A stretch of DNA of 64,000 nt from Eledone cirrhosa (taxonomy: Eukaryota). The notes beneath the pieces are model-generated. The model made no database searches, was not told where the DNA came from, and was given only the letters and a program-made list of their open reading frames with translations. The stretch lies in contig OZ024756.1 of the NCBI GenBank assembly GCA_964016885.1, forward strand, positions 8,432,001-8,496,000, in the 5' to 3' direction. Shown here one piece after another: positions 43,101 to 53,423 of this stretch (positions are counted from its first letter, which is position 1; every line of letters begins with the position of its first letter). Both the position numbers and the translations under genes were made by a program.

Positions 43101-46100
43101 ACCACTTTACTTTGTGGACTGTGTACTTTTTGTTGTGACACCTACATGACCACTTTACAGCATGGACTGAGTGCTTTTTGTTGTGTCACCTACATGACCA
43201 CTTTACAGCATGGACTGGGTGCTTTTTGTTGCGACACGTACATGACCATTTTACAGCGTGGACTAGGGCTTTTTGTTGTGATACCTACATGACCACTTTA
43301 TAGTGTGGACTCGGTACTTTTTCTTGTGACACCTACATGACCACTTTACTTTGTGGACTTATTACTTTTTGTTGTGACACCTACATGACCATTTTACAGT
43401 GTGGACTGGGGCTTTTTGTTATGATACCTACATGACCACTTTATAGTGTGGACTGGGTACTTTTTCTTGTGACACCTTCATGACGACTTCATAGTGTGGA
43501 CTGGGTACTTTTTCTTGTGACACCTACATGACCACTTTACAGTGTGGACTGAGTACTTTTTGTTGCGACATCTACATGACCACTTTACCCCATGGACTGG
43601 GGCTTTTTGTTTTGACACCTATATGACCACTTTACAGTGTAGACTGGGTGCTTTTTGTTGTGGCACCTCCATGATCACTTTACAGTGTAGACTGGGTGCT
43701 TTTTTTGTGTTACCTACATGACCACTCTACAGTGTGGACTGGGTGCTTTTTGTTGTGTCACCTACATGACCACTTTACATGGTGGACTGGAGGCTTTTTA
43801 TTGTGTCGCCGACACGACCACTTTACAGTGTGGACTGTGGGCTGTTTGTTGTGTCACCTACATGACCACTTTACAGTGTAGTCTGTGGGCTTTTTGTCGT
43901 GTCACCTACATGACCACTTTACATGGTGGACTGGAGGCTTTTTGTTGTGTCGCCTACATGACCACTCTACAGTGTGGATTTGGTGCTTTTTGTTGTGACA
44001 CCCACATGACCACTTTACAGCGTGGACTGTGGCTTTTTGTCGTGACACCTACATGACCATTTTACAGCGTGGACTAGGGCTTTTTGTTGTGACACCTACA
44101 TGACCTCTTTACAGTGTGGCCTGGTTACTTTTAGTTGTGACAACTACATGACCACTTTACAGCGTGGACTGGGTGCTTTTTGTTGCGACACCCACATGAC
44201 CATTTTACAGCGTGGACTAGGGCTTTTTGTTGTGACACCTACATGACCTCTTTACAGTGTGGCCTGGTTACTTTTAGTTGTGACAACTACATGACCACTT
44301 TACTGTGTGGACTCGGTACTTTTTGTTGTGACACCTACATGACCATTTTACAGTGTGGACTGGGTACTTTTAGTTGTGACACCTACATGACCACTTTACA
44401 GTGTGGACTGAGTACTTTTTGTTGCGACACCTACATGACCACTTTACCCCATGGACTGGAGCTTTTTGTTGTGACACCTATATGACCACTTTACAGTGTA
44501 GACTGGGTGCTTTTTGTTGTGGCACCTCCATGACCACTTTACAGTGTAGACTGGGTGCTTTTTTTGTGACACCTGCATGACCACTTTACAGTGTGGAGTG
44601 GGTGCTTTTTGTTGTGTTACCTACACGACCACTTTACAGTGTGGACTGGGTGCTTTTTGTTGTGTCACCTACATGACCACTTTACATGGTGGACTGGACG
44701 CTTTTTATTGTGTCGCCGACACGACCACTTTACAGTGTGGACTGTGGGCTGTTTGTTGTGTCACCTACATGACCACTTTACAGTGTAGTCTGTGGGCTTT
44801 TTGTTGTGTCACCTACATGACCACTTTACATGGTGGACTCGAGGCTTTTTGTTGTGTCGCCTACATGACCACTCTACAGTGTGGACTGAGTGCTTTTTGT
44901 TGTGACACCTACATGACCACTTTACAGCGTGGACTGTGGCTTTTTGTCGTGACACCTACATGACCACTTTACAGTGTGGACTGGGGCTTTTGGTTGTGAC
45001 ACCTACATGACCATTTTACAGTGGAGACTGAATGCTTTTTGTTGTGACACCTACATGACCACTTTACAATGTGGACTGAGTGCTTTTTGTTGCGACACCT
45101 ACATGACCACTTTACCCCATGGACTGGAGCTTTTTGTTGTGACACCTATATGACCATTTTACAGTGTAGACTGGGTGCTTTTTGTTGTGGCACCTCCATG
45201 ACCACTTTACAGTGTAGACTGGGTGCTTTTTTTGTGACACCTGCATGACCACTTTACAGTGTGGAGTGGGTGCTTTTTGTTGTGTTACCTACACGACCAC
45301 TTTACAGTGTGGACTGGGTGCTTTTTGTTGTGTCACCTACATGACCACTTTACATGGTGGACTGGACGCTTTTTATTGTGTCGCCGACACGACCACTTTA
45401 CAGTGTGGACTGTGGGCTGTTTGTTGTGTCACCTACATGACCACTTTACAGTGTAGTCTGTGGGCTTTTTGTTGTGTCACCTACATGACCACTTTACATG
45501 GTGGACTCGAGGCTTTTTGTTGTGTCGCCTACATGACCACTCTACAGTGTGGACTGAGTGCTTTTTGTTGTGACACCTACATGACCACTTTACAGCGTGG
45601 ACTGTGGCTTTTTGTCGTGACACCTACATGACCACTTTACAGTGTGGACTGGGGCTTTTGGTTGTGACACCTACATGACCATTTTACAGTGTAGACTGAA
45701 TGCTTTTTGTTGTGACACCTACATGACCACTTTACAATGTGGACTGAGTGCTTTTTTTTGTAACACCCACATGACCACTTTACAGCGTGGACTGGGTGCT
45801 TTTTGTTGCGACACCCACATGACCATTTTACAGCGTGGACTGGGTACTTTTAGTTGTGACAACTACATGACTACTTTACTGTATGGACTCGGTACTTTTT
45901 GTTGTGACACCTACATGACCATTTTACAGCGTGGACTAGGGTTTTTGTTGTGATACCTACATGACTACTTTATAGTGTGGACTCGGTACTTTTTCTTGTG
46001 ACACCTACATGACCACTTTACTTTGTGGACTGTGTACTTTATGTTGTGACATCTACATGACCACGTTACAGTGTGGACTGGGGCTTTTTGTTGTGACACC

Positions 46101-47091
46101 TACATGACCACTTTATAGTGTGGACTGGGTACTTTTTCTTGTGACACCTACATGACCACTTTACAGTGTAGACTGAGTACTTTTTGTTGTGACACCTACA
46201 TGACCACTTTACCCCATGGACTGGGGCTTTTTGTTGTGAACCTATATGACCACTTTACAGTGTAGACTGGGTGCTTTTTGTTGTGGCACCTCCATGACCA
46301 CTTTACAGTGTAGACTGGGTGCTTTTTTTTGTGACACCTTCATGACCACTTTACAGTGTGGAGTGGGTGCTTTTTGTTGTGTTACCTACATGACCACTCT
46401 ACAGTATGGACTGGGTGCTTTTTGTTGTGTCACCTACACGACCACTTTACAGTGTGGACTCTGGGCTTTTTGTTGTGTCACCTACATGACCACTTTACAT
46501 GGTGGACTGGAGGCTTTTTATTGTGTTGCCTACACGACCACTTTACAGTGTGGACTGTGGGCTGTTTGTTGTGTCACCTACATGACCACTCTACAGTATG
46601 GAGTGGGTGCTTTTTGTTGTGTCACCTACACGACCACTTTACAGTGTGGACTGTGGGCTGTTTGTTGTGTCACCTACATGACCACTTTACATGGTGGATT
46701 GGAGGCTTTTTATTGTGTCGCCTACACGACCACTTTACAGTGTGGACTGTGGGCTTTTTGTTGTGTCACCTACATGACCACTTTACAGTGTACTCTGTGG
46801 GCTTTTTGTTGTGTCACCTACATGACCACTTTACATGGTGGACTGGAGGCTTTTTGTTGTGTCGCCTACATGACCACTCTACAGTGTGGATTGTGTGCTT
46901 TTTGTTGTGACACCTACATGACCACTTTACAGCGTGGACTGTGGCTTTTTGTCGTGACACCTACATGACCACTTTACAGTGTAGTCTGTGGGATTTTTGT
47001 TGTGTCACCTACATGACCACTTTACATGGTGGACTGGAGGCTTTTTGTTGTGTCGCCTACACGACCACTTTACAGTGTAAACTGGGTGCTT
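31186..47091. repeat. 47/48-bp tandem satellite, consensus GTGACACCTACATGACCACTTTACAGTGTGGACTGGGTRCTTTTTGTT, about 330 copies
   Basis: Direct reading of monomers. 47-bp variants have GGGGCTTTTT in place of GGGTGCTTTTT. The 16-aa periodicity of the ORF-track peptides (MTTLQCGLGAFCCDTY) reflects the 48-bp unit. Confidence 0.98.
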
Positions 47092-47360
47092 CACTGGATG
47101 TATACTTCGTTTTCCCATTGTGGGAGATGTATGGGAGCGTGGGTGGAGTGGTACATACTGTATATATGCTTCAGCTTTGGTCTGTACCTATGGAAAGTTG
47201 GTTATTGCATAACTCCAGAGATCTCGGTCCTCTGTCATTACTTTTGCGAGGTGCATTTGGGCAAGGTCAGCTTTTATCAACTCATCCCAAGTCTTTCTGG
47301 GTCTCTACACTCCAAGCTCCCCTCGCCCATGAGTGCTCTGCACCTTTTTATGCAGCTATC
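47092..47360 (-). mobile_element. RTE-clade LINE remnant: ORF C-terminus plus start of 3' UTR
   Basis: Minus-strand translation across one frameshift gives DSCIKRCRALMGEG.../RPRKTWDELIKADLAQMHLAKVMTEDRDLWSYAIT. This aligns with DRWVKKCQEIPVEG...GRPRKTWREVVRADL...DRDKWRDAV at 63692-63988. Confidence 0.8.
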
Positions 47361-47406
47361 ATATAGATATATAGATATATATAAATACATATATATATAT
47401 ATATAA

Positions 47407-47588
47407 GAAAATGTTTGACCCAGACGGCAGAGCTCAAGCCGTTTCTCGACTCCAGAAATAACCGTTGAAACGGCTTGAGCTCTGCCATCGGGGTCAAACA
47501 TTTTCCTATTACCCACTCTACTACCCTAAGTGTTGAGTACTCTGGTGCGTTATGGTCCATCTGATTCCTTACCACAACTCCTTCGTTA
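47407..47588. mobile_element. Short fragment with 39-bp inverted repeat inside (TA)n; probable truncated PLE pseudo-LTR
   Basis: Arms 47407-47445 and 47467-47505 (2 mismatches), 21-bp spacer, (TA)n on both sides. PLE assignment is by analogy to neighbouring structures only. Confidence 0.5.
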
Positions 47589-47602
47589 TATATATATATA
47601 TA

Positions 47603-47643
47603 CCGTGGAAGATGGACGTTAAACGAAGATGATGATGATGATG
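47603..47643 (+). mobile_element. Extreme 3' tail of an RTE-family LINE/SINE
   Basis: GGAAGATGGACGTTAAACGAAGATGATGATG resembles the tail GGAAAAGCGGATGTAAAATGACGATGATGATG of the RTE at 63672-63710 (minus strand). Confidence 0.65.
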
Positions 47644-47644
47644 T

Positions 47645-47675
<31 letters not shown>

Positions 47676-48095
47676 TTCGTTTCTGAATTTGTTTAGCAAT
47701 GTGTGACGAAAGAACTTTGACAATATATAAACAACTATCTGGTTGTGGAACCAACCAACCAACCAGAAATTTATAAATTCCTAAATTTATAAATTTATTA
47801 TAATAAATTGAAGTGAAAGCAACTGGTGCGTGTGTTTCTTATTGGCAACATGACCCTCCCAAATTATTAAAATATATATATATATATATTTCGTTTCTGA
47901 ATTTGTTTAGCAAGATTATTTATCTGAAATCGTGTGTTGAAACCGATATTGTTATACTTTGGGAGGGTCATGTTGCCAATAAGAAACACACGCACCAGTT
48001 GCTTTCACTTCAATTTATTATATATTTATAAATTTACAAATTTATAAATTTCTGGTTGGTTGGTTGGTTCCACAACCAGATAGTTGTTTATATAT

Positions 48096-48140
48096 AGTCA
48101 TAGTTCTTTCGTCACACACTCTGTGACCTCTTCAGTGACT
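48096..48140 (-). ncRNA. Minimal type I hammerhead ribozyme motif (family A, minus copy)
   Basis: Exact reverse complement of 48389-48433. Confidence 0.7.
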
Positions 48141-48388
48141 GGGGATTCCTTTCTTTGTTTCTGTGCCTCTTCTTTGTTCTGTCCTACGCCATTTTGTTTC
48201 TGTGTGTTTTCACATAGAACAAACAACCAACCAGTAACATGTAAATAAACAAATAGATAAATGAACATAAACACACACAGACACCCGGATGTGGCGCATG
48301 CGCAGACTGAGCACACAACACACACACAGAAACAAAATGGCGTAGGACAGAACAAAGGAGAGGCACAGAAACAAAGAAAGGAATCCCC

Positions 48389-48433
48389 AGTCACTGAAGA
48401 GGTCACAGAGTGTGTGACGAAAGAACTATGACT
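48389..48433 (+). ncRNA. Minimal type I hammerhead ribozyme motif (family A)
   Basis: AGTCA-CTGAAGA-G-GTCACA-gagtg-TGTGAC-GAAA-GAAC-TA-TGACT. Helix I AGTCA/TGACT, core CUGAnGA and GAAA, 6-bp helix II, predicted cut after A48428. Confidence 0.7.
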
Positions 48434-48575
48434 ATATATAAACAACTATCTGGTTGTGGAACCAACCAACCAACCAGAAATTTATAAATTTGTAAATGTA
48501 TAAATATATAATAAATTGAAGTGAAAGCAACTGGTGCGTGTGTTTCTTATTGGCAACATGACCCTCCCAAATTAT

Positions 48576-48627
<52 letters not shown>

Positions 48628-49281
48628 CCACACACAGACATGCAATATTCTTCATCATATGTAACTATATTGCAGAACATGTAGTAAGCTCCAATTAACC
48701 AGAACTTGAAACGTGGGTGTGATTCCAACCCCACCAAAATTTCACTTCATTTTCCTTCAATATAACAAACTATTTCTCCACAAATAATGAATTTTGCATT
48801 CGTTAAAAATGAATCAATCTTAATTCCATTTCTGTTATTTTTACTATTCTACGCTCCTCTCTGTTATTTTTTTTACTTCTTTCAATGCCTTATTAAAGTT
48901 GAATGTCGGTACTATTTTTATTGGGTTAGGTATGGGGTGGGATAGATGTTGGAATTTCGGAAATAATTGTTCTACAAACAAAAGAATTCCGAAAAGAAAA
49001 AAAAATAATCATTCACTTTTGGGCTTCCATATATTACAGTGCTCTTAGAAAATGTTTGGCTTGAAAGAGATTTTTACCGAAGGATCGATACATTTGTCAT
49101 GCTGTTCGTTAAATAACTCTGTGCTCTTTGAACAGTGGCGACTTAGTTGCTCTGCAAATGAGAGTGATATGACTCATAGTTCGAAACATTCTTGACAAAT
49201 TCCTTAACGACAACACACATATCAACGATGTTGAAATATTGTACTGGGAATAAAGTAGCTAGAAAAAGTCTAGGAATGCAT

Positions 49282-49332
49282 TGCTGCGGCTGCTGCTACT
49301 GCTGCTCTTCTTCTTCTTCTTATTATTATTAT

Positions 49333-49393
<61 letters not shown>
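49282..49393. repeat. Compound microsatellite (CTG)n(CTT)n(TTA)n(TAG)n
   Basis: Direct reading. Confidence 0.95.
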
Positions 49394-49394
<1 letters not shown>

Positions 49395-49457
49395 ATGCAC
49401 TGGTTAATTGCTGGCCTTGTGCCTAAAGTAGAAACAATTATTATTATTATTATTATT
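49391..49457 (+). mobile_element. 3' remnant of tRNA-derived SINE with (ATT)n tail
   Basis: AGTAATGCACTGGTTAATTGCTGGCCTTGTGCCTAAAGTAGAAACAATT matches the 3' end of the SINE at 50175-50374. Confidence 0.85.
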
Positions 49458-49459
49458 GT

Positions 49460-50148
49460 TGTTGTTCTTTGAGTCTCAGTCATTGATGTTAGTTAACTGG
49501 AAAGTTTGTTGAAATGAATATCAAGCCACTACCTGCAGCCTCAGATATTCAGGACGTATCGAAGGGTTCTTGCTGTTCCCAGCAAGCATGCCTTTTAAAG
49601 CGTTCCAAAAAGCGTGAAGGGGCCAATTTTCTTTAACCATCCCTGGAAACTTTTTGAGATAGTACCTAATGCGCCTATGACAATCGGGACCACTTTGACT
49701 TCATGGCAGTTACAAATCCTTTTTACCTCCCACTTTAAGTCCTGGTATCGATTAATTTTCTCCCTCTCCTTCTCTTGCACTCTCGTGTCGAATGGGCAGG
49801 CCACATCCACAATCAGGCACGATCTTTTTTCCTTGTCCACAACCACCAGGTCAGCTCTATTGTGTTCCAGTTTCTTGTCCGTCTGTATCCTAAAATCCCA
49901 CAGCACCTTCACCTGATTGTTTTCTTCACCGACTCTGGCTTATGCTCATACCACTTCTCAGAATGTGGTAAATTGTTTACTTTGCATAGGTACCAGTGGA
50001 TCACCCTGCCCATCACATCATGTCTCCAGCCCTTATAGTGAGTCTGGGCTAGGTGTTTACACTCGGATACAATGTGAGCAACACTCTCCTCTCTCTCTCT
50101 CCACAGATCCTGCACAGTGGGCTAGCCTCCTCCTTGTAAATATGGTGT
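49460..50148 (-). mobile_element. R4/Dong-type non-LTR retrotransposon, 5'-truncated; decayed CCHC knuckle and restriction-like endonuclease
   Basis: CRICG...ESVAHIVSEC, RHD, LWDFRIQTD...HNRADLVVVD...IVDVACP...EKINRYQDL...IVIGALG. Frameshifts near 50090 and 49928, premature TAA at 49595-49597; the frame continues KACLLGTARTLRYVLNI to TGA at 49541-49543. Confidence 0.88.
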
Positions 50149-50174
50149 AAAATAATATTATTATTATTATTATT

Positions 50175-50374
50175 ATTGGCAGTATCGGTAGAGGATTGGA
50201 TTATGCTTTCCAGCATAGTTACGTCCCTTTACGATCTGAGTTCAATTCCCGCCGAGGTTAACTTTGCCTTTATCCTTACGGGGTCGGTAAAATAAAGTAC
50301 CAGTAATGTACTGGGTTAATTGCTGGCCTTGTGCCAAAAAGTAGAAACAATTATTATTATTATTATTATTATTA
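50175..50374 (+). mobile_element. tRNA-derived SINE with (ATT)n tail
   Basis: A-box-like TGGCAGTATCGG and B box GTTCAATTC (50240-50248). Closely similar copy at 62425-62610 on the minus strand. Confidence 0.85.
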
Positions 50375-51022
50375 ATACAGTTGCATTTATCTTGCTTTAT
50401 GTTCATACGAGTTATCACCAAGTCACAACCAGTGACCTCAAGAGACAACAAGGTCCGCCATGTTCAAGAAAGAACATACATACTCACACATGCATCTTTA
50501 GTGTTTAGACTTGTGATGTACTTATATTGACAGAATCTTCCTTAGTATATGGGCAGTTCCCATTAGTACTATCTTTTGTATTTCTCCTATACGCGGGTTT
50601 CCTGGGATTTGCGATAAGTAATCATTAGACTCCTTAGGTATCATTCCCAGAGCGCCTACAACCACTGGTATTGTTTTAGTTCTCAATTTCCACATTTTTC
50701 CAATTTCTATCTCCAGGTCCTTATACTTGCTCAATTTTTCAAATGTTTTTATAGATACATTCTTGTCTATTGGAACAGACATATCAATTAGCAGGCATAC
50801 CCTCTTTTTAAAGTCCTTCAATATTATATCAGGTCTATTTGCATCTATTTTTCGGTCTGTTTGGATGCTAAAGTTCCACAGGATTGAGATGTGATCTTTT
50901 TCAAGTATGGGAGGTGGTTGATGCTCCCACCAATTCTTTGTATCCCACAATACAATGTATGTATTGTGCAGCTCTGTCATGCCTGTTTAGGTATTCGGTT
51001 GGAGCTATAGGACTGCACATTG
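50375..51022 (-). mobile_element. Second, distinct R4/Dong-type LINE 3' fragment (RLE domain plus 3' UTR)
   Basis: ORF 50522-50980: LWNFSIQTDRKIDANRPDIILKD...LIDMSVP...EKLSKYKDL...VVVGALG...MGTAHILRKILSI*. Upstream frame reads CSPIAPTEYLNRHDRAAQYIH. (TAA)n on both sides. Confidence 0.9.
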
Positions 51023-51023
51023 A

Positions 51024-51080
<57 letters not shown>
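51023..51080. repeat. (ATT)n microsatellite
   Basis: Direct reading. Confidence 0.95.
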
Positions 51081-51311
51081 GAATGCTATGGTTGACGGAG
51101 GCTCGGCTCTGTAAGGTATTGTAAACGCTATAACAATTGTAAATTGAACGCTATAACAATTGTAAATTGTTTAAAACTTTAACGAACTTGTAGACAAAAA
51201 CACCCTCCTCCTCGTGAGAGGGGTCTTTCTGCCCGTTATTTGGCCCTTCGGGGTTAAATAACTGCTTATTGGGGTTTTGTGCCCAATATTTATTTTAAAC
51301 AAAAAAACAAC

Positions 51312-53388
51312 ATGGCTACGAAAAAGAATTTTCATAGGTCACTCCCACTCATTCCGTCTTCTTCTTCCTCAGTCATCACTACAGTAGAGAGAAGATTGTC
51401 TCTCTCCCTCCCTTCTCTTTCGCAAGCGACGACAGAAAAGAAAAGTCTCGTGCAAAGCGTGCAAGATTTCTCCACGACGACGACGACAACGACGAAACAG
51501 GTGTGCGGGAAATACGAAAACCCATTTCATTCGTCTGACGTCAGGAATAATAGCAGTAGCAGCCGTAATAACAACAGCAACAGTGACAATGAAAACAACA
51601 GTAGCAGCCGCAACAGCATCACCAGCAGCATAAACAACAACAGCATTAGCAGCAGCAACACCAACAACAACCACAGCAACAGCGACAGAGGCAGTAGTCG
51701 TAGTACCTGCAGCAACAACAAAAGTAACAGCAGCTCTGACGACAACAACAACAACAGCAGCAAAGAAAAACCAATCTCATTTGCAGGTATTGCGAAGAAC
51801 CTGGAAACAATCCTCATAACAAATGAGGAATTAGAGGAAGCGAAGAAGATGGTGACAAAGACTGGACACCGAGCAATCGGCAAGGCAGCGGAAAAATTTT
51901 TCGAAACCCAACAGCACTGTACGTACCGTACAGTAAGTACAAAATCCCGTAGGGTTGAAAAAGCCACAGAGGCTCAAATACAAAAAGCCTTGGGGTCTGT
52001 GTGGAAGCAGAAAACGCACATCACCCGAGGCAAAAAATATGCCACCGTAGACGTACTTTTTGCCACACCCCAGGAGGCAAAGGCTCAATCCGTAGTGACC
52101 CTAAGGAGCGAGGAAATGGTGTTGGTGCCCTCCTACTGCGGGCAAAAAATTGTGAGGGTCAAACTGACCCACGTCCCCCCCCCCCCCCCCCGGGATGGCC
52201 CCTTCTTGGCTGGCCGCGTCTGTCCTCGTCGGAATCGAGGACAAAACAACTGTACTGCAAGTACAGAAAAAAGTAAGAGAAGATTGGGTCGGCACCTCCA
52301 TTGAGATGCTAATCCAAACCAACCAGGAGTGCATCGAAGCTATCCCGGATGTGATAGACTTCGATAACGGCACTCAACTGCCCATAAGTGTTGAGGGCAA
52401 ACGCCCGAAATGCTTTCGCTGTGGATCGAAGACTCACCTCAGGGCCTTCTGCAACGAGAAGACCCTGAGAAAGGAGAAAACCCCCCTCCTTCCGAAACCG
52501 GCTCCACGGCTACCAGCAACAGGACAAGCGGCAACCAGGAACGATAGGTCCGTGGCACCCATACCCACCCCACGGAAATCAAAAACAGCAGCAGCAGTGG
52601 AAATATTAACAACAACAACAGCAATACCAAATGCAGCTGCAACAGAGACTCCAGTGCAAACATCACCAACAACAAGTGAAAGAGTGGAGCTGGTACCCCT
52701 CCCCGACCTCACAGAATCAAACATGGAGTGTGAGGTGGGAGAGGGATGGCAAAAGGTCGTAAGAAGGCACAAACGCAGAAGCAGCGCATCGTCGCCTTTG
52801 AAAAGGGAGGAAAGAAATGAGAAAAGGGTAAAGTCTACTGCAAAGAGCCTCACAGCAGCAACACCACCAACACCATCACCACCCACACTAGCACCACCAT
52901 CACCACCGGCGACAACCCCACCGCCAACAACACCTTCAACACCACCACCACAAGCACCAACATCGCAAACACAACAACAAAACACACACACCCAGCAACA
53001 ACGACAAGAAAATAGCAGAACCACACCCCACCCCCAGAAAAACAAATGCACGGCAATAAATACACACAACAAGAAACTAATGACTTACATAATTGAACAC
53101 ACAGACATTTCACAACACGACTACATAATACCAGCACCAATCAAAACGCCAACTAACATAAGACTGCTAAAAATAGCACAGAAACAATACACAAACATTA
53201 AAACGAAATTCCCCAACGCAGTTGGTGATTTCAGGGACCTAGGAGGAACTATCAATCGAAGAGTATATTCGGACATACTCATAGAAGAGCCGACGACCAG
53301 CCGAAGGGACGATTCAACGGTCCCTTCACCAGACGATCAAGTGAAAAGGGATGTAAAAACCATCCCTCCTCTACGAAAAGTACGGTAA
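51312..53388 (+). pseudogene. Tx1-type ORF1 (nucleic-acid-binding protein with CCHC zinc knuckle), split at a C17 run
   Basis: ATG at 51312, Asn/Ser-rich N-terminus. ORFs 51279-52304 and 52195-53388 overlap at poly-C 52175-52191. CFRCGSKTHLRAFC is a CX2CX4HX4C knuckle; Pro/Thr-rich C-terminus. Confidence 0.8.
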
Positions 53389-53423
53389 GTGGTCTTTCCC
53401 ATCTTTTCCACTCTATTTTAAAC

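Larger units (their letters stand above)
47675..48583. mobile_element. PLE pseudo-LTR cluster, family A: ~262-bp inverted arms plus a partial third copy
   Basis: 47946-48207 is the reverse complement of 48322-48583 (about 3 mismatches). A partial direct copy lies at 47700-47863. A 25-bp tail piece is repeated at ~47675 and ~47889. Ends abut (TA)n and each arm carries a hammerhead motif. Confidence 0.75.

Noticed and set aside
31956-46968. Cys-rich repeat proteins (MTTLQCGLGAFCCDTY)n and their other-frame equivalents as real genes
   Set aside because: They follow from the 48-bp period; frames are broken at random by 47-bp monomers and TAG variants, and ORFs occur in several frames and on both strands.
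1-47091. CRISPR array (32-bp and 48-bp periodic repeats)
   Set aside because: Monomers are head-to-tail with no unique spacers, there are no cas genes, and the context is eukaryotic retroelements.
47460-47480. Hammerhead 3' half (GAAACGGCTT)
   Set aside because: No CUGAnGA half is present and the cleavage site context is unconvincing.
48630-49260. Possible host exon or further element in the unassigned AT-rich stretch
   Set aside because: No recognisable ORF, motif or internal repeat; left unannotated.
49259-49483. Poly-Val/poly-Thr ORFs
   Set aside because: Translations of trinucleotide microsatellites.
50175-50255. tRNA gene
   Set aside because: A/B boxes are present but there is no convincing cloverleaf; it continues into a repeated SINE body and tail. 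Same for 62520-62610.
51369-53140. Minus-strand Leu/Val/Gly-rich ORFs resembling membrane proteins
   Set aside because: Antisense shadows of the AAC/AGC/CCA-rich low-complexity parts of Tx1 ORF1.
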